From an uncultured bacterium (GTDB taxonomy: Bacteria; Babelota; Babeliae; Babelales; Babelaceae), in contig CAWGPQ010000001.1 in NCBI GenBank assembly GCA_963824495.1, forward strand, positions 1 through 28,797: 28,797 nucleotides of DNA. The letters are read 5' to 3'. The position numbers and the translations under genes were made by a program. The first letter of the stretch is position 1. Every line of letters begins with the position of its first letter. The notes below the pieces were generated by a model. It had not been told where the DNA came from, made no database searches, and saw only the letters and a list, made by a program, of their open reading frames with translations. This document shows, piece by piece, positions 1-11,328 of the stretch.

Positions 1-195
1 ACCCGGCGCATGCACCCGAATCTCAACACCATTATGAGCATGATTAGGATAATATTCAATAATCATTTCAACAGAAACTGGTGTTCGGCCTTGATTTTGT
101 AAAAACTTTTCGGCTTTCTCTAAATGTTGGTTTGCATACTCTTCAATAACCGCTGACGGATCCATATTACGAAAATTTATTCGCTTGCTACTCAT
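1..195 (-). CDS. hpf: Ribosome hibernation factor HPF/RaiA family protein, 5' part (runs off window)
   Basis: Manual translation MSSKRINFRNMDPSAVIEEYANQHLEKAEKFL... fits the HPF N-terminus. GGAGG RBS at 204-208 (minus strand). Not in the supplied ORF track. Confidence 0.75.
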   Translation of the reverse strand, partial: MSSKRINFRNMDPSAVIEEYANQHLEKAEKFLQNQGRTPVSVEMIIEYYPNHAHNGVEIRVHAPG

Positions 196-256
196 ACGCA
201 TGACCTCCTAACTAAAAGCCTCTAAAGTTATTAAGTATATACAAAACTAGCACATG

Positions 257-1171
257 TTATCCATAATTGTGTATAAGCATGTGATATTTTGAGCAATCAG
301 CAGCCGAATACCAAATATCGCCTGTTCGTGCCGAAGCATAATTGATAGGTTGATTATAAGCAGGAAACTCTTTCTTAAGGCTATCAATAAACTCAAGAAG
401 CGTGACACTTGTGCCCGTGGCAATATTGATAGCCTGACCAGCTAGACAATCCGACAGCACTACAGCAGCGTATATGGTAGCTTCAACGACATCGTTAACG
501 GGAACAAAATCACGACGTTGACTCCCATCCCCGTATATCGTAATAGGAAGATTGTGTGCCATATGATATCGAAAGCGTGCTGCAACACTTGCAAGAGAAC
601 CTTGAGTATACTGTCTATCACCATACACGTTGAAGTAACGCAAGCTTAACGTCTGTATGCCATAGAGTCGAGCGTAAAGCTGACAGTAGTGTTCAGCCAT
701 TAGTTTAGAGAAACCATAGGGTGAAAGCGGCTTACAGGCCATATCTTCAGAGCAGGGAATAGCGTAATTACCGTAAACAGCTGCTGATGAAGAAAATATA
801 AATTTACGTACGTTATTGCATCGCGCTGCTTCAAGAATAGTAGCTGTTCCCATGACGTTACTATGATAGTACAAGAGCGGATCAGCACACGATACGGAAA
901 CTGAAGTCAAGGCTGCGCAATGGAAAATAACCTCTTGGTCACGTGTTGCTTGTATACAGGCACTAACATCAGTAATACTTGCATCAAGCAAAGTAATTTC
1001 AGAAAAAGCGAACATGAGATTATCACGTATCCCTGACGAAAAGTTATCAAGAACTGTTACGTAAGCCCCAAGAGCTATCAATCGCTCAACCAGATGTGAA
1101 CCAATAAAACCTGCTCCACCCGTTACTAACACTCGTCGCCTGAGATACCAATTAGTTAGAGATTGCTTCAT
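257..1171 (-). CDS. NAD-dependent epimerase/dehydratase (extended SDR, UDP-sugar 4-epimerase-like)
   Basis: GGAGFIG Rossmann motif, SSAAVYG, catalytic YGFSK (YxxxK), RYFNVYG. Confidence 0.92.
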   Translation of the reverse strand: MKQSLTNWYLRRRVLVTGGAGFIGSHLVERLIALGAYVTVLDNFSSGIRDNLMFAFSEITLLDASITDVSACIQATRDQEVIFHCAALTSVSVSCADPLLYYHSNVMGTATILEAARCNNVRKFIFSSSAAVYGNYAIPCSEDMACKPLSPYGFSKLMAEHYCQLYARLYGIQTLSLRYFNVYGDRQYTQGSLASVAARFRYHMAHNLPITIYGDGSQRRDFVPVNDVVEATIYAAVVLSDCLAGQAINIATGTSVTLLEFIDSLKKEFPAYNQPINYASARTGDIWYSAADCSKYHMLIHNYG

Positions 1172-1186
1172 AGTTAGCTTGTCTTG

Positions 1187-2488
1187 TTACAACGTCAGTT
1201 TATCAGCAATATATTTGCCATCAAGCAGTCCTTCTTGCATGCTCGAGTATTTCCAAGCACCATAACGTCCAACAGAATAGACACTATAATCTTCAAGTTG
1301 AGCAAGCAACGAGGGAAGATTGCGATCACGCCAGTTCGTATAAATAACATAAGCGTGAGGTATCACGATAACTTTTTCCGTAATAATATCCCGTCGGGCT
1401 ATACCAAAGAGCTTTGTAACAGCTGCTTGTGCTTGCTGCAAACGATCAAGTACAAATGCTTGAGGCTTACGCAGGTAAGAAAACTCACCATAGAGAGAGC
1501 TACAGCCAGCTGGAGCCATCGCTGAAGAGAAATTATGGGCAAAGCCAATACGATAAAATGGATAGCTGCTTTCTGGATAGTATATCCAGTGCTTCTGCGA
1601 GAGCTCGGGTATACTAACACCCATATTAAAATTAATAACAGAGTTACAGCGTAAATAACGTAATGCTTTGCGTAAATTTGTACGCGAACTTTCTTTACTA
1701 CACGAAAGTAAGCAATCAAGGGGCATTGTTGTTATAAGCTGCTTGAATGTTTCTCGTGCACCATTACTAAGTGTGACACTCTTAGTAACCAGATCGATAG
1801 ACTGAACGCTCGTATTCATCATAACAGAATTGCGTAACTGCCGGTGCAGTCTGTCCATCCAAAAATAAATTCCCCCTTGCTTGGGATAAAAAAACCGGGA
1901 ATTATAGCCAATATCTTCATCATGAGTATCAGAGAGCGATCCCTGTATCATTTCTTTAAGCGATGTCTGAGGCACAAAGCGTCCCGTCCAGGACGCCGAG
2001 AGCTTTTTTACCGGATAATCGAAAATTTTTTCTTGAAAAGGAAAAAAGAAATGCTTGCCCAAGCCCTGCCCAAAATTATACATAACCCAATCATAAAATG
2101 TGCGCGGTTCTTTACGTACACGTGACGACCGTTGAGCAAACCCCTCAATACATTCTGCTATTATTTCGGGGGGCAAGCCATAAAGATTCACTTGATAGGG
2201 ATAGCGAGTATGTATACCACAAGAGTAGATAAAAGAACGTCGCTTAATACTGTTTAAGTTTTCAAAACCAATAACATGCTCAATATGGGATCGAAAGTAA
2301 TCGTCATGTACATGCAGCAAGTGACCAGCAAAATCAAACGTAAAGCCGTCTTGATAAACCGAACGGCATAAACCACCAACAATTGCTTCTTTTTCGATAA
2401 GCAGATAATTATAAAAACCGTTTTGTTCTAAATGATAGGCAGCGGACAAACCGGTTAGTCCCGCTCCGATTATAACAATATCAGCCAC
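1187..2488 (-). CDS. FAD-dependent oxidoreductase (protoporphyrinogen oxidase / UDP-galactopyranose mutase-like)
   Basis: IIGAGLTGL..EK..GGL FAD motif, FDFAGH, C-terminal GRYGAWKY. Co-oriented with the epimerase. Confidence 0.8.
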   Translation of the reverse strand: MADIVIIGAGLTGLSAAYHLEQNGFYNYLLIEKEAIVGGLCRSVYQDGFTFDFAGHLLHVHDDYFRSHIEHVIGFENLNSIKRRSFIYSCGIHTRYPYQVNLYGLPPEIIAECIEGFAQRSSRVRKEPRTFYDWVMYNFGQGLGKHFFFPFQEKIFDYPVKKLSASWTGRFVPQTSLKEMIQGSLSDTHDEDIGYNSRFFYPKQGGIYFWMDRLHRQLRNSVMMNTSVQSIDLVTKSVTLSNGARETFKQLITTMPLDCLLSCSKESSRTNLRKALRYLRCNSVINFNMGVSIPELSQKHWIYYPESSYPFYRIGFAHNFSSAMAPAGCSSLYGEFSYLRKPQAFVLDRLQQAQAAVTKLFGIARRDIITEKVIVIPHAYVIYTNWRDRNLPSLLAQLEDYSVYSVGRYGAWKYSSMQEGLLDGKYIADKLTL

Positions 2489-2658
2489 GAAGATCCTTCC
2501 CTACGATATCTTGTGCGATAGTTATAGAACGAAATCCATAATTTGTCGAGCATTTGAGCACACACTATCTCATACTACACGTTCTGAGTGAAATACTGTG
2601 CTATAATGAGCATGATTATTTCATCGAACTTAACTTTACTGAAATAGGGGATTCTTCT

Positions 2659-3783
2659 ATGCGTAAGACTGGCCATTATGAGCAGCTTAGCGATACTCAT
2701 TACTTTATCCCAGATCAATTGCCACCACATAACCCACCACTCATGTTAGACACAGAAACCACAGCTCTGTATGGCAGTGCGATGCTCCAGCTTGGCAAGA
2801 TTAACGGGATGGCAAACAAGCTGCCCGATATACAACGCTTCATAAAAGCCTACGTTATTAAAGAAGCGCTCCTTTCATCCGCCATTGAAGGTATCCATAC
2901 CACTTTGCTGGATGTTTTAACTCAACCTCTCCTCGAATCGAAGCCGAATCCAAATACGCAACTTGTCATGAACTACACAAAAGCCCTGGATACGGTGCTC
3001 TTTATGCTCCAACAAGATGGTCTACCTATTACTTCACGAGTCATTCTTGCAGCCCATAAAGCACTCATGGAGCTCGGTGAAGGCGACAAGGCTGACCCTG
3101 GACATTATCGAAGGCAATCCGCGTGTGTTGGTAATCTTATTCCAGCACCACCCTTTAAAATCGCTGAGCTTATGGCTGATCTTGAGCGTTATATCAATAC
3201 TGATGAAACACTTCCACCGCTTATAAAAGCAGGACTTGCGCACGTTCAGTTTGAAACTATTCATCCATTTCTTGATCGCAATGGTCGTATCGGTAGGCTT
3301 TTAATCGTTTTGATTTTGGTTGAAAGTGGTTTAGTATCAGCACCAATCATATACCCATCATATTACTTTAAAAAACATCGCCTTGAATACTATCAGCGAC
3401 TTGATCGAGTTAGGACCCACGGTGATTTTGAAGGATGGGTTACGTTCTATCTTACTGCAATTAAAGAGAGCGGTATTGATGCCTATCGACGTGCTAAAGA
3501 CATCGAAGCTCTTGATCAAGATCTAAGACAACGCATTATTAATGAGAAACGATTTAGCAAGATGCACAAGACGATGCTCCGTGCGCTCATGATTATCTTT
3601 CGTTACCCCATTATCAATGTACGTGAACTCAGCTTGAAACTTAACATGTCCTATAATACTACAAATCGAGTTATAGCTGACTTTGTCCAATTGGGATTTC
3701 TTGTTGAAGAAAATCAACAAAAACGAGGCAAATTGTTCAAGTTTAAGCCCTACATTGACGTCCTTGAACAAGAATATAATTAA
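2659..3783 (+). CDS. Fic/DOC family protein with N-terminal inhibitory motif and probable C-terminal winged helix
   Basis: SSAIEG inhibitory motif and Fic motif variant HPFLDRNGRIGR. ATG 2659 with upstream AGGGG preferred over TTG 2554. Confidence 0.9.
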   Translation: MRKTGHYEQLSDTHYFIPDQLPPHNPPLMLDTETTALYGSAMLQLGKINGMANKLPDIQRFIKAYVIKEALLSSAIEGIHTTLLDVLTQPLLESKPNPNTQLVMNYTKALDTVLFMLQQDGLPITSRVILAAHKALMELGEGDKADPGHYRRQSACVGNLIPAPPFKIAELMADLERYINTDETLPPLIKAGLAHVQFETIHPFLDRNGRIGRLLIVLILVESGLVSAPIIYPSYYFKKHRLEYYQRLDRVRTHGDFEGWVTFYLTAIKESGIDAYRRAKDIEALDQDLRQRIINEKRFSKMHKTMLRALMIIFRYPIINVRELSLKLNMSYNTTNRVIADFVQLGFLVEENQQKRGKLFKFKPYIDVLEQEYN

Positions 3784-3829
3784 TACTCTGTTTTCTAAAA
3801 CATAAGTTTTATACTAGGAGGCGCGTGAC

Positions 3830-4450
3830 ATGAATTGCTCTAAGCTTGTGCATACAAGACCATTACCTCGTTCATTTTATCAGCGTGATACAGTTGAAGT
3901 TGCTTGTGACTTGCTTGGCACACTCCTGCTTCGTATGCATCATAGTCATTGTTTGGTAGGTCGTATTGTCGAGACTGAGGCCTACTGTGGAACTATTGAT
4001 CCAGCGAGTCATGCAGCACGCGGCAAAACCATGCGTAACGCTCCATTATTTGGTCAAGTAGGTCACGCCTATGTTTATCTGATCTATGGCCTCCATTATG
4101 GCTTTAATGTTGTTGCCCGAGATGCTCACACAGTCGCTGGAGGGATTCTTATTCGAGCAATTGAACCTCTGGAGGGTATCAAAGATATGATGCTCGCTCG
4201 GCATGTAAGTAATATTAAGCAACTTACTAATGGACCAGGCAAACTTAGTCAGGCACTGGGCATTACTCTGTCAGATACTGGAATAGATCTTACCTCTATA
4301 ACAAGTACCATAAGAATTTTACCTCGCGAGACTCATGATAGAAACACCAGCTTTGAATATGAAACTCGCCCTCGTGTAGGTATAACAAGTGCACAAGAAA
4401 AATTATGGCGCTTTGTTATTCCAGGCAATTCGTGGATATCTCGTCGTTAA
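3830..4450 (+). CDS. mpg: DNA-3-methyladenine glycosylase (MPG/AAG type)
   Basis: GRIVETEAY, YVYLIYG, LIRAIEP, LTNGPGKL, RVGI motifs. AGGAGG RBS. Confidence 0.95.
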   Translation: MNCSKLVHTRPLPRSFYQRDTVEVACDLLGTLLLRMHHSHCLVGRIVETEAYCGTIDPASHAARGKTMRNAPLFGQVGHAYVYLIYGLHYGFNVVARDAHTVAGGILIRAIEPLEGIKDMMLARHVSNIKQLTNGPGKLSQALGITLSDTGIDLTSITSTIRILPRETHDRNTSFEYETRPRVGITSAQEKLWRFVIPGNSWISRR

Positions 4451-4464
4451 TAATCTTAATAGCA
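4399..4464. repeat. Direct repeat copy 1 (mpg 3' end / ancestral mpg-tilS overlap)
   Basis: 59 of 66 nt identical to 5919-5984 by manual alignment. Confidence 0.9.
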
Positions 4465-4475
4465 CGGTTAAGAAA

Positions 4476-5801
4476 CTAATTAGAGTTGAGATTTGATCTT
4501 ACCTGAGCAGGAGGTCTTTGAGCAACAACAAAGCGGGCAATATGAGCTGCAATTTCAGCGGGAAGTACACCGTCAGGTAGAACACCTAAAGTCTGTGCTG
4601 TCCCATTGGTATCGTTATCGGTATAAAGTACGCCAAAACGCCCTTGTTGTCCCTCAGTTGAAAGCAAGTTAAGAAGAGCTTGTCCTGCCATTGGTTCAAG
4701 AAGCTGCTCAATATCGCGATAGTTACGCCCACGAGCAAGTAACCAAGCTGATAACCCTCGATTATTAACCCTATTAACAAAATTAACGGTAGCACTATCA
4801 TGACGAATAAGAGATTGAACCATACCTAGACGTCCAGCTTGAGCTGCTAAATGTAACGGTGTATTGCCTTGTGCATTTTGAACATCAATACGAGCATCGT
4901 GGGCGAGTAACACTTGGAGAATAAGATCATTACCATTACGTACAGCATAATGAAGAGCAGTATTACCCTCGTGGTCTTGTATGCTCAGGTTAGGGTTGTA
5001 TTCATTAAGTAAAAGCGCAACAAGTTCACCGTAATTTTGCGCAACTGCCCAGTGTAACGCTGTCATGCCAAAGTTATCTTGAGCACCAATAGAATTGTCT
5101 GAAAGAAGCTGTGTAACAGTAGCAATATCCCTTGTGATAATTGCTAAAGCCAGGGATGAGATTCCACTGCTCTTTAATACTTGTATAACCCAATCTCTAT
5201 TTTCAGCTAATAAAGAAGGTGCTATAATGGCACCATAACGCATAAGCACTCCAACTATCTCCATACTTCCACAACGAGCTATCGACACGACTGCTCTCAT
5301 GCTTTTATAATCAATATGATTAATATAAGCACCGTGCTCTATGAGCAGTTTAATTATATTTGTGTACCCGCTTTTAGCTGCCATTATGAGTGGAGTTTCG
5401 CTTTGATAATCAGCGTAATTAAGATTAGCACCTGCCTCTATAAGGATTCTAACTATATTAATATGCCCATATCTAGTCGCTAATGTAAGGACACTATTGC
5501 CATAATCATCGGCATAATTAACATCAGCATCATGCTCTATAAGCATTCTCACTATATTTGTATGACCCTTATGAGCCGCGCGCATCAGAGCAGTCCAGCC
5601 ATTATCATCTTCGTACTTAACATCAGCACCCTGCTCTAGCAAAGCAATTAGGGTATCTTTATCTCCAGCTACTGCAGCTCTTACCAAGTGCTCATTGAGC
5701 TGAAGTTGTTGCTCTCGGTTAAGAGGATGCATGCTCATAAACTGACTTGCATTTGACAAAAAAATAACAGTACTTGTTAGTGTAAGGATATATTTGTTCA
5801 C
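4476..5801 (-). CDS. Ankyrin-repeat protein (ank1), probable signal peptide, C-terminal F-box-like motif
   Basis: Multiple GxTALxxAA..G..IV..LL..GADVN repeats, N-terminus MNKYILTLTSTVIFLS, LPAEIAAHIARFV near the C-terminus. Confidence 0.92.
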   Translation of the reverse strand: MNKYILTLTSTVIFLSNASQFMSMHPLNREQQLQLNEHLVRAAVAGDKDTLIALLEQGADVKYEDDNGWTALMRAAHKGHTNIVRMLIEHDADVNYADDYGNSVLTLATRYGHINIVRILIEAGANLNYADYQSETPLIMAAKSGYTNIIKLLIEHGAYINHIDYKSMRAVVSIARCGSMEIVGVLMRYGAIIAPSLLAENRDWVIQVLKSSGISSLALAIITRDIATVTQLLSDNSIGAQDNFGMTALHWAVAQNYGELVALLLNEYNPNLSIQDHEGNTALHYAVRNGNDLILQVLLAHDARIDVQNAQGNTPLHLAAQAGRLGMVQSLIRHDSATVNFVNRVNNRGLSAWLLARGRNYRDIEQLLEPMAGQALLNLLSTEGQQGRFGVLYTDNDTNGTAQTLGVLPDGVLPAEIAAHIARFVVAQRPPAQVRSNLNSN

Positions 5802-5856
5802 TTTGAGTTCCTTCTTAAGATATTTTTATTTAAAATTACAATCTTGATAATATTAT

Positions 5857-5885
5857 AAATTAACTTGTGCTGTATATTTTGTCAA
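5857..5885 (-). promoter_or_regulatory. Putative sigma70 promoter of ank1
   Basis: Minus strand TTGACA-17 nt-TAATTT. Confidence 0.45.
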
Positions 5886-5918
5886 ATGAGATATAGTGCG
5901 ATGACGCGTACAGGAGGG

Positions 5919-5984
5919 AAAACTATGTCACTTTGCTATTCTAGGCAATTCGTGGATATCTCGGCGTTAATAATCTTAACAGCA
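5919..5984. repeat. Direct repeat copy 2 (overlaps tilS 3' end)
   Basis: 59 of 66 nt identical to 4399-4464. Confidence 0.9.
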
Positions 5985-6952
5985 GCGTGACGTTTGAGCT
6001 TGATAAGTGACCAAGTAGGATATAGTTTGTGCTCAACACTTTGTGAAGAACGTAAAAATCTGAGCACTTCATGAAAAAATGCTTGTGATGGGATAAAAGA
6101 CACGCTTTCAGCACAAAACCATACAAGAAGAAGCTGCTTTTGTATAAAAGGGTCAAGTTCAAAAAATCTATCAAGATCAATCCAGCGCTTCTCGTCTTTG
6201 TAGGTGCTTATCTGTTCAAGCGTAGTATGAGCAAGACGTTCAATAAAATCACGTGCTTCCTGTAAGTTCTCAAGAGTTCGCGCAAACGTGGTATCAAAGC
6301 GCGGATCGCATGCACGTAATGCTGGTATCACCAAGCCGCGTATACGATTGCGTAAGTAGAGTGTGCTTGTATTGGTAGGGTCTATCCTATAAGCAAGATT
6401 ATGCTGAGCAAGGTGGTCAAGAATCTCAGCTTTAGATACTTCTAAAAGAGGCCTAATATAGCCATCTTGATAAGATTGCATACCAGCTAAACCAGTAATA
6501 CCAGCCCCACGAAGAAGCCGTATAAAGAACGTTTCGTACTGATCATCCCGATGATGCGCAAGAGCAATACGGTCCGCGCAATATTCTTGAGCAACACGGC
6601 TTAAAAACATGCGACGAAGCAGGCGCCCCAGCTCTTCTTGAGAACCGTTATATGCACGATCGGCTTGAAGCTCAGAAGCTCGAGCATGCACAAAAGGAAC
6701 GGAAAACTCTTCAGCTAGTTTTTTACAGAAGAGCATGTCTTCGTGAGAGTGTGCTCGCCATTCATGATCAAGATGAGCAGCGATAAGCGAGAGATCATAC
6801 AGACTGCGTAAGTAAACAAGAACATAAAGAAGAAATACAGAATCAGGGCCTCCAGACAGCCCTATAACAAGCGCACTGCCTGGAGGTATAAGGTTATGGC
6901 GCTCAATAAACTGTAAAATGCGCCCAAAAAGATCATTAGTAGTTACGAGCAT
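5936..6952 (-). CDS. tilS: tRNA(Ile)-lysidine synthetase
   Basis: PP-loop SGGPDS, AHHRDDQYET, IRPLL, DPTN...YLRNRIR. Start ATG 6952 or TTG 6961. Confidence 0.96.
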   Translation of the reverse strand: MLVTTNDLFGRILQFIERHNLIPPGSALVIGLSGGPDSVFLLYVLVYLRSLYDLSLIAAHLDHEWRAHSHEDMLFCKKLAEEFSVPFVHARASELQADRAYNGSQEELGRLLRRMFLSRVAQEYCADRIALAHHRDDQYETFFIRLLRGAGITGLAGMQSYQDGYIRPLLEVSKAEILDHLAQHNLAYRIDPTNTSTLYLRNRIRGLVIPALRACDPRFDTTFARTLENLQEARDFIERLAHTTLEQISTYKDEKRWIDLDRFFELDPFIQKQLLLVWFCAESVSFIPSQAFFHEVLRFLRSSQSVEHKLYPTWSLIKLKRHAAVKIINAEISTNCLE

Positions 6953-6961
6953 GAAGAGCAA

Positions 6962-9460
<2,499 letters not shown>

Positions 9461-9717
9461 TTAGTATACACTAAAACAAGATTTTTGCCAAACAGCAACC
9501 ACTATAAGAACGTCTTCCAGAAGGTATTTTAGCAAGACTCGGCAAGCCTTAAGATCTCTTCAAGTTTTTCTTGCATTGACTCCCTAAGCGTGGCATAATT
9601 TTCTTTCTTCGCATACCACCAGATTGACAAATTGGAGAATTATGTCATTATAAAAAACAAAGAACGGGCTATTGAATCAACTATTTTATGACAGGCAAGC
9701 ACACTATATAAGCATTT

Positions 9718-10188
9718 ATGATACCAGCAAACTCTCGTGATAACCAGTTTATGGACCGTGCTCTCAACCTTGCTCGCACAGCAGGAACCTTTGGTGAAGT
9801 ACCTATAGGAGCTCTTGTTGTCAGCCATGAGGGACATATACTTGGAGAAGGTTATAATTTAGTAGAAACATATCATTGTCAAAGCTATCATGCTGAAGTT
9901 CAAGCAATACAAAATGCCTGTGAAAAACAGTGTGATTGGCGCCTTGGACGAAGTACCTTGTATGTAACGATCGAGCCATGCATGATGTGCATAAGTCTTT
10001 GTGCACTTAGTAGGATTGAACGGGTTGTCTATGGGGCAGCATCACCTCTTTTTGGCTATCACCTTGACAAAGAAGGTATTCTTACCTTATACACTAAAAA
10101 CATCAAAAACATTACATCGGGCGTAAAAGCAGCTGAAGCAGCATTACTAGTAAAAGAATTTTTTAAAAAGGAGAGACACCGTGAATAA
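9718..10188 (+). CDS. tadA: tRNA-specific adenosine deaminase
   Basis: EVPIGA, HAE, PCMMC zinc motifs. Confidence 0.92.
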   Translation: MIPANSRDNQFMDRALNLARTAGTFGEVPIGALVVSHEGHILGEGYNLVETYHCQSYHAEVQAIQNACEKQCDWRLGRSTLYVTIEPCMMCISLCALSRIERVVYGAASPLFGYHLDKEGILTLYTKNIKNITSGVKAAEAALLVKEFFKKERHRE

Positions 10189-10522
10189 TATAGAACAGGT
10201 AAAAAAGAAACTACTCGCACGCAAGCAACAACTGGAAGAAGACTTGGCTCGACTATCTCGTGAACGTTTCCATGAAGATCAGGTGGTGCCCGATCCAAGT
10301 GACCAGGCATTTGTGTCAGTACTAGAAGAACTTAATATTTCGCTTCAGCTCAACGAGCTTGATGAATATGCCCGTATCGTCAAAGCTCTCGAATTGATTG
10401 ACCAAGGAGCCTATGGTACATGTACCGATTGCGATCAGCCAATATCTGAGAAGCGTTTATCACTATTTCCCAACGCCACACGATGCTTGGTATGCCAGGA
10501 GGCACGAGAAGAGCGTGTTTAA
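10181..10522 (+). CDS. dksA: DksA/TraR C4 zinc-finger protein
   Basis: Coiled coil with DPSDQA (DxxDxA), YGTCTDC...RL...P...CLVCQ. Confidence 0.88.
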   Translation: MNNIEQVKKKLLARKQQLEEDLARLSRERFHEDQVVPDPSDQAFVSVLEELNISLQLNELDEYARIVKALELIDQGAYGTCTDCDQPISEKRLSLFPNATRCLVCQEAREERV

Positions 10523-10523
10523 A

Positions 10524-10551
10524 TTGTACAACATGTCAAATGTGGTATACT
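10524..10551 (+). promoter_or_regulatory. Putative promoter of tRNA-Thr
   Basis: TTGTAC-16 nt-TATACT with extended TG. Confidence 0.5.
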
Positions 10552-10567
10552 TACATGGTGTAAATGC

Positions 10568-10643
10568 GCCGATGTAGCTCAGCTGGTAGAGCGATTGATT
10601 CGTAATCAATAGGTCAGCGGTTCAAATCCGCTCATCGGCTCCA
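10568..10643 (+). tRNA. tRNA-Thr(CGT)
   Basis: 76 nt. Acceptor GCCGATG/CATCGGC, anticodon arm ATTGA-TTCGTAA-TCAAT, GGTTCAAATCC T-arm, encoded CCA. Confidence 0.97.
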
Positions 10644-10766
10644 TACTTCGCCAAGGCTTCGTATGGCAGGCCATACTTCGCTATCTCCTTCGCTATGTCT
10701 TTTGCTAAAGCTACGAAGATCATGAAAGCTACGGAGAACAAGAAAACTACGAAGATTGTGAAAGCT
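10641..10766. repeat. REP-like palindromic repeat cluster with nested halves
   Basis: Hairpin CCATAC-TTCGCCAAGGCTTC-GTATGG, then three 12-nt units ending TT(C/T)GCT and three-plus 18-nt units starting AAA(G/A)CTAC. Confidence 0.8.
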
Positions 10767-10784
10767 GTGCCATGTTGAGCACGT

Positions 10785-10813
10785 TTGACAGAATGGAGCT
10801 CACGTGATAGATT
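10785..10813 (+). promoter_or_regulatory. Putative sigma70 promoter of rpsI-glmS
   Basis: TTGACA-17 nt-TAGATT with extended TG. Confidence 0.6.
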
Positions 10814-10848
10814 TTTTATATAGAGCAGTATAATATTTTAACTTTACT

Positions 10849-11301
10849 ATGGATTATATGGATTCAGGACAAATATCAAAAACGAGCAAACGTTCCCCGA
10901 GCAAAACTACTCAAGCACCTATTGCCCATGGTGTCGGCAGACGTAAATCAGCCGTTGCCCGCGTGTGGTTACGTCGTGGTAAAGGTGATGTTCTTGTAAA
11001 TGGCAAGCCACTTGCTCATTACTTTGACACTGAAGTTACACGCCTTGCAGCTCTTGGCTCATTAAAGATCACCCCTGTTGGGCAGAACTATACCGTAGAA
11101 GCAAATATACATGGTGGTGGTCTTTCTGCACAAGCAGATGCCTTACGCTTAGGTATTGCACGAGCTCTATTAGCAACCAATGACACATTACGACAAACAT
11201 TGCGTAAGCAAGGATTCCTTACGGTTGATCAACGGGTAAAAGAGCGCAAGAAGTATGGACAAAAAGCGGCTCGCCGTAAATTCCAGTTCGTAAAGCGTTA
11301 A
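10849..11301 (+). CDS. rpsI: 30S ribosomal protein S9
   Basis: GRRKSAVARV, GGGLSAQA, ERKKYG..ARRKFQFVKR. Start may be 10858. Confidence 0.97.
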   Translation: MDYMDSGQISKTSKRSPSKTTQAPIAHGVGRRKSAVARVWLRRGKGDVLVNGKPLAHYFDTEVTRLAALGSLKITPVGQNYTVEANIHGGGLSAQADALRLGIARALLATNDTLRQTLRKQGFLTVDQRVKERKKYGQKAARRKFQFVKR

Positions 11302-11328
11302 GTTATCTTACTATCCGTCGGGAGCAGT

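Noticed and set aside
10671..10766. Possible mini CRISPR array
   Set aside because: Periods of 12 and 18 nt are far too short, there are no unique spacers and no cas genes in the window.
10568..10848. Prophage or island integrated at tRNA-Thr
   Set aside because: No integrase and no second copy of the tRNA 3' end seen. Only CCA overlaps the local repeat.
11302..11328. glmS ribozyme
   Set aside because: The intergenic gap is only 27 nt.
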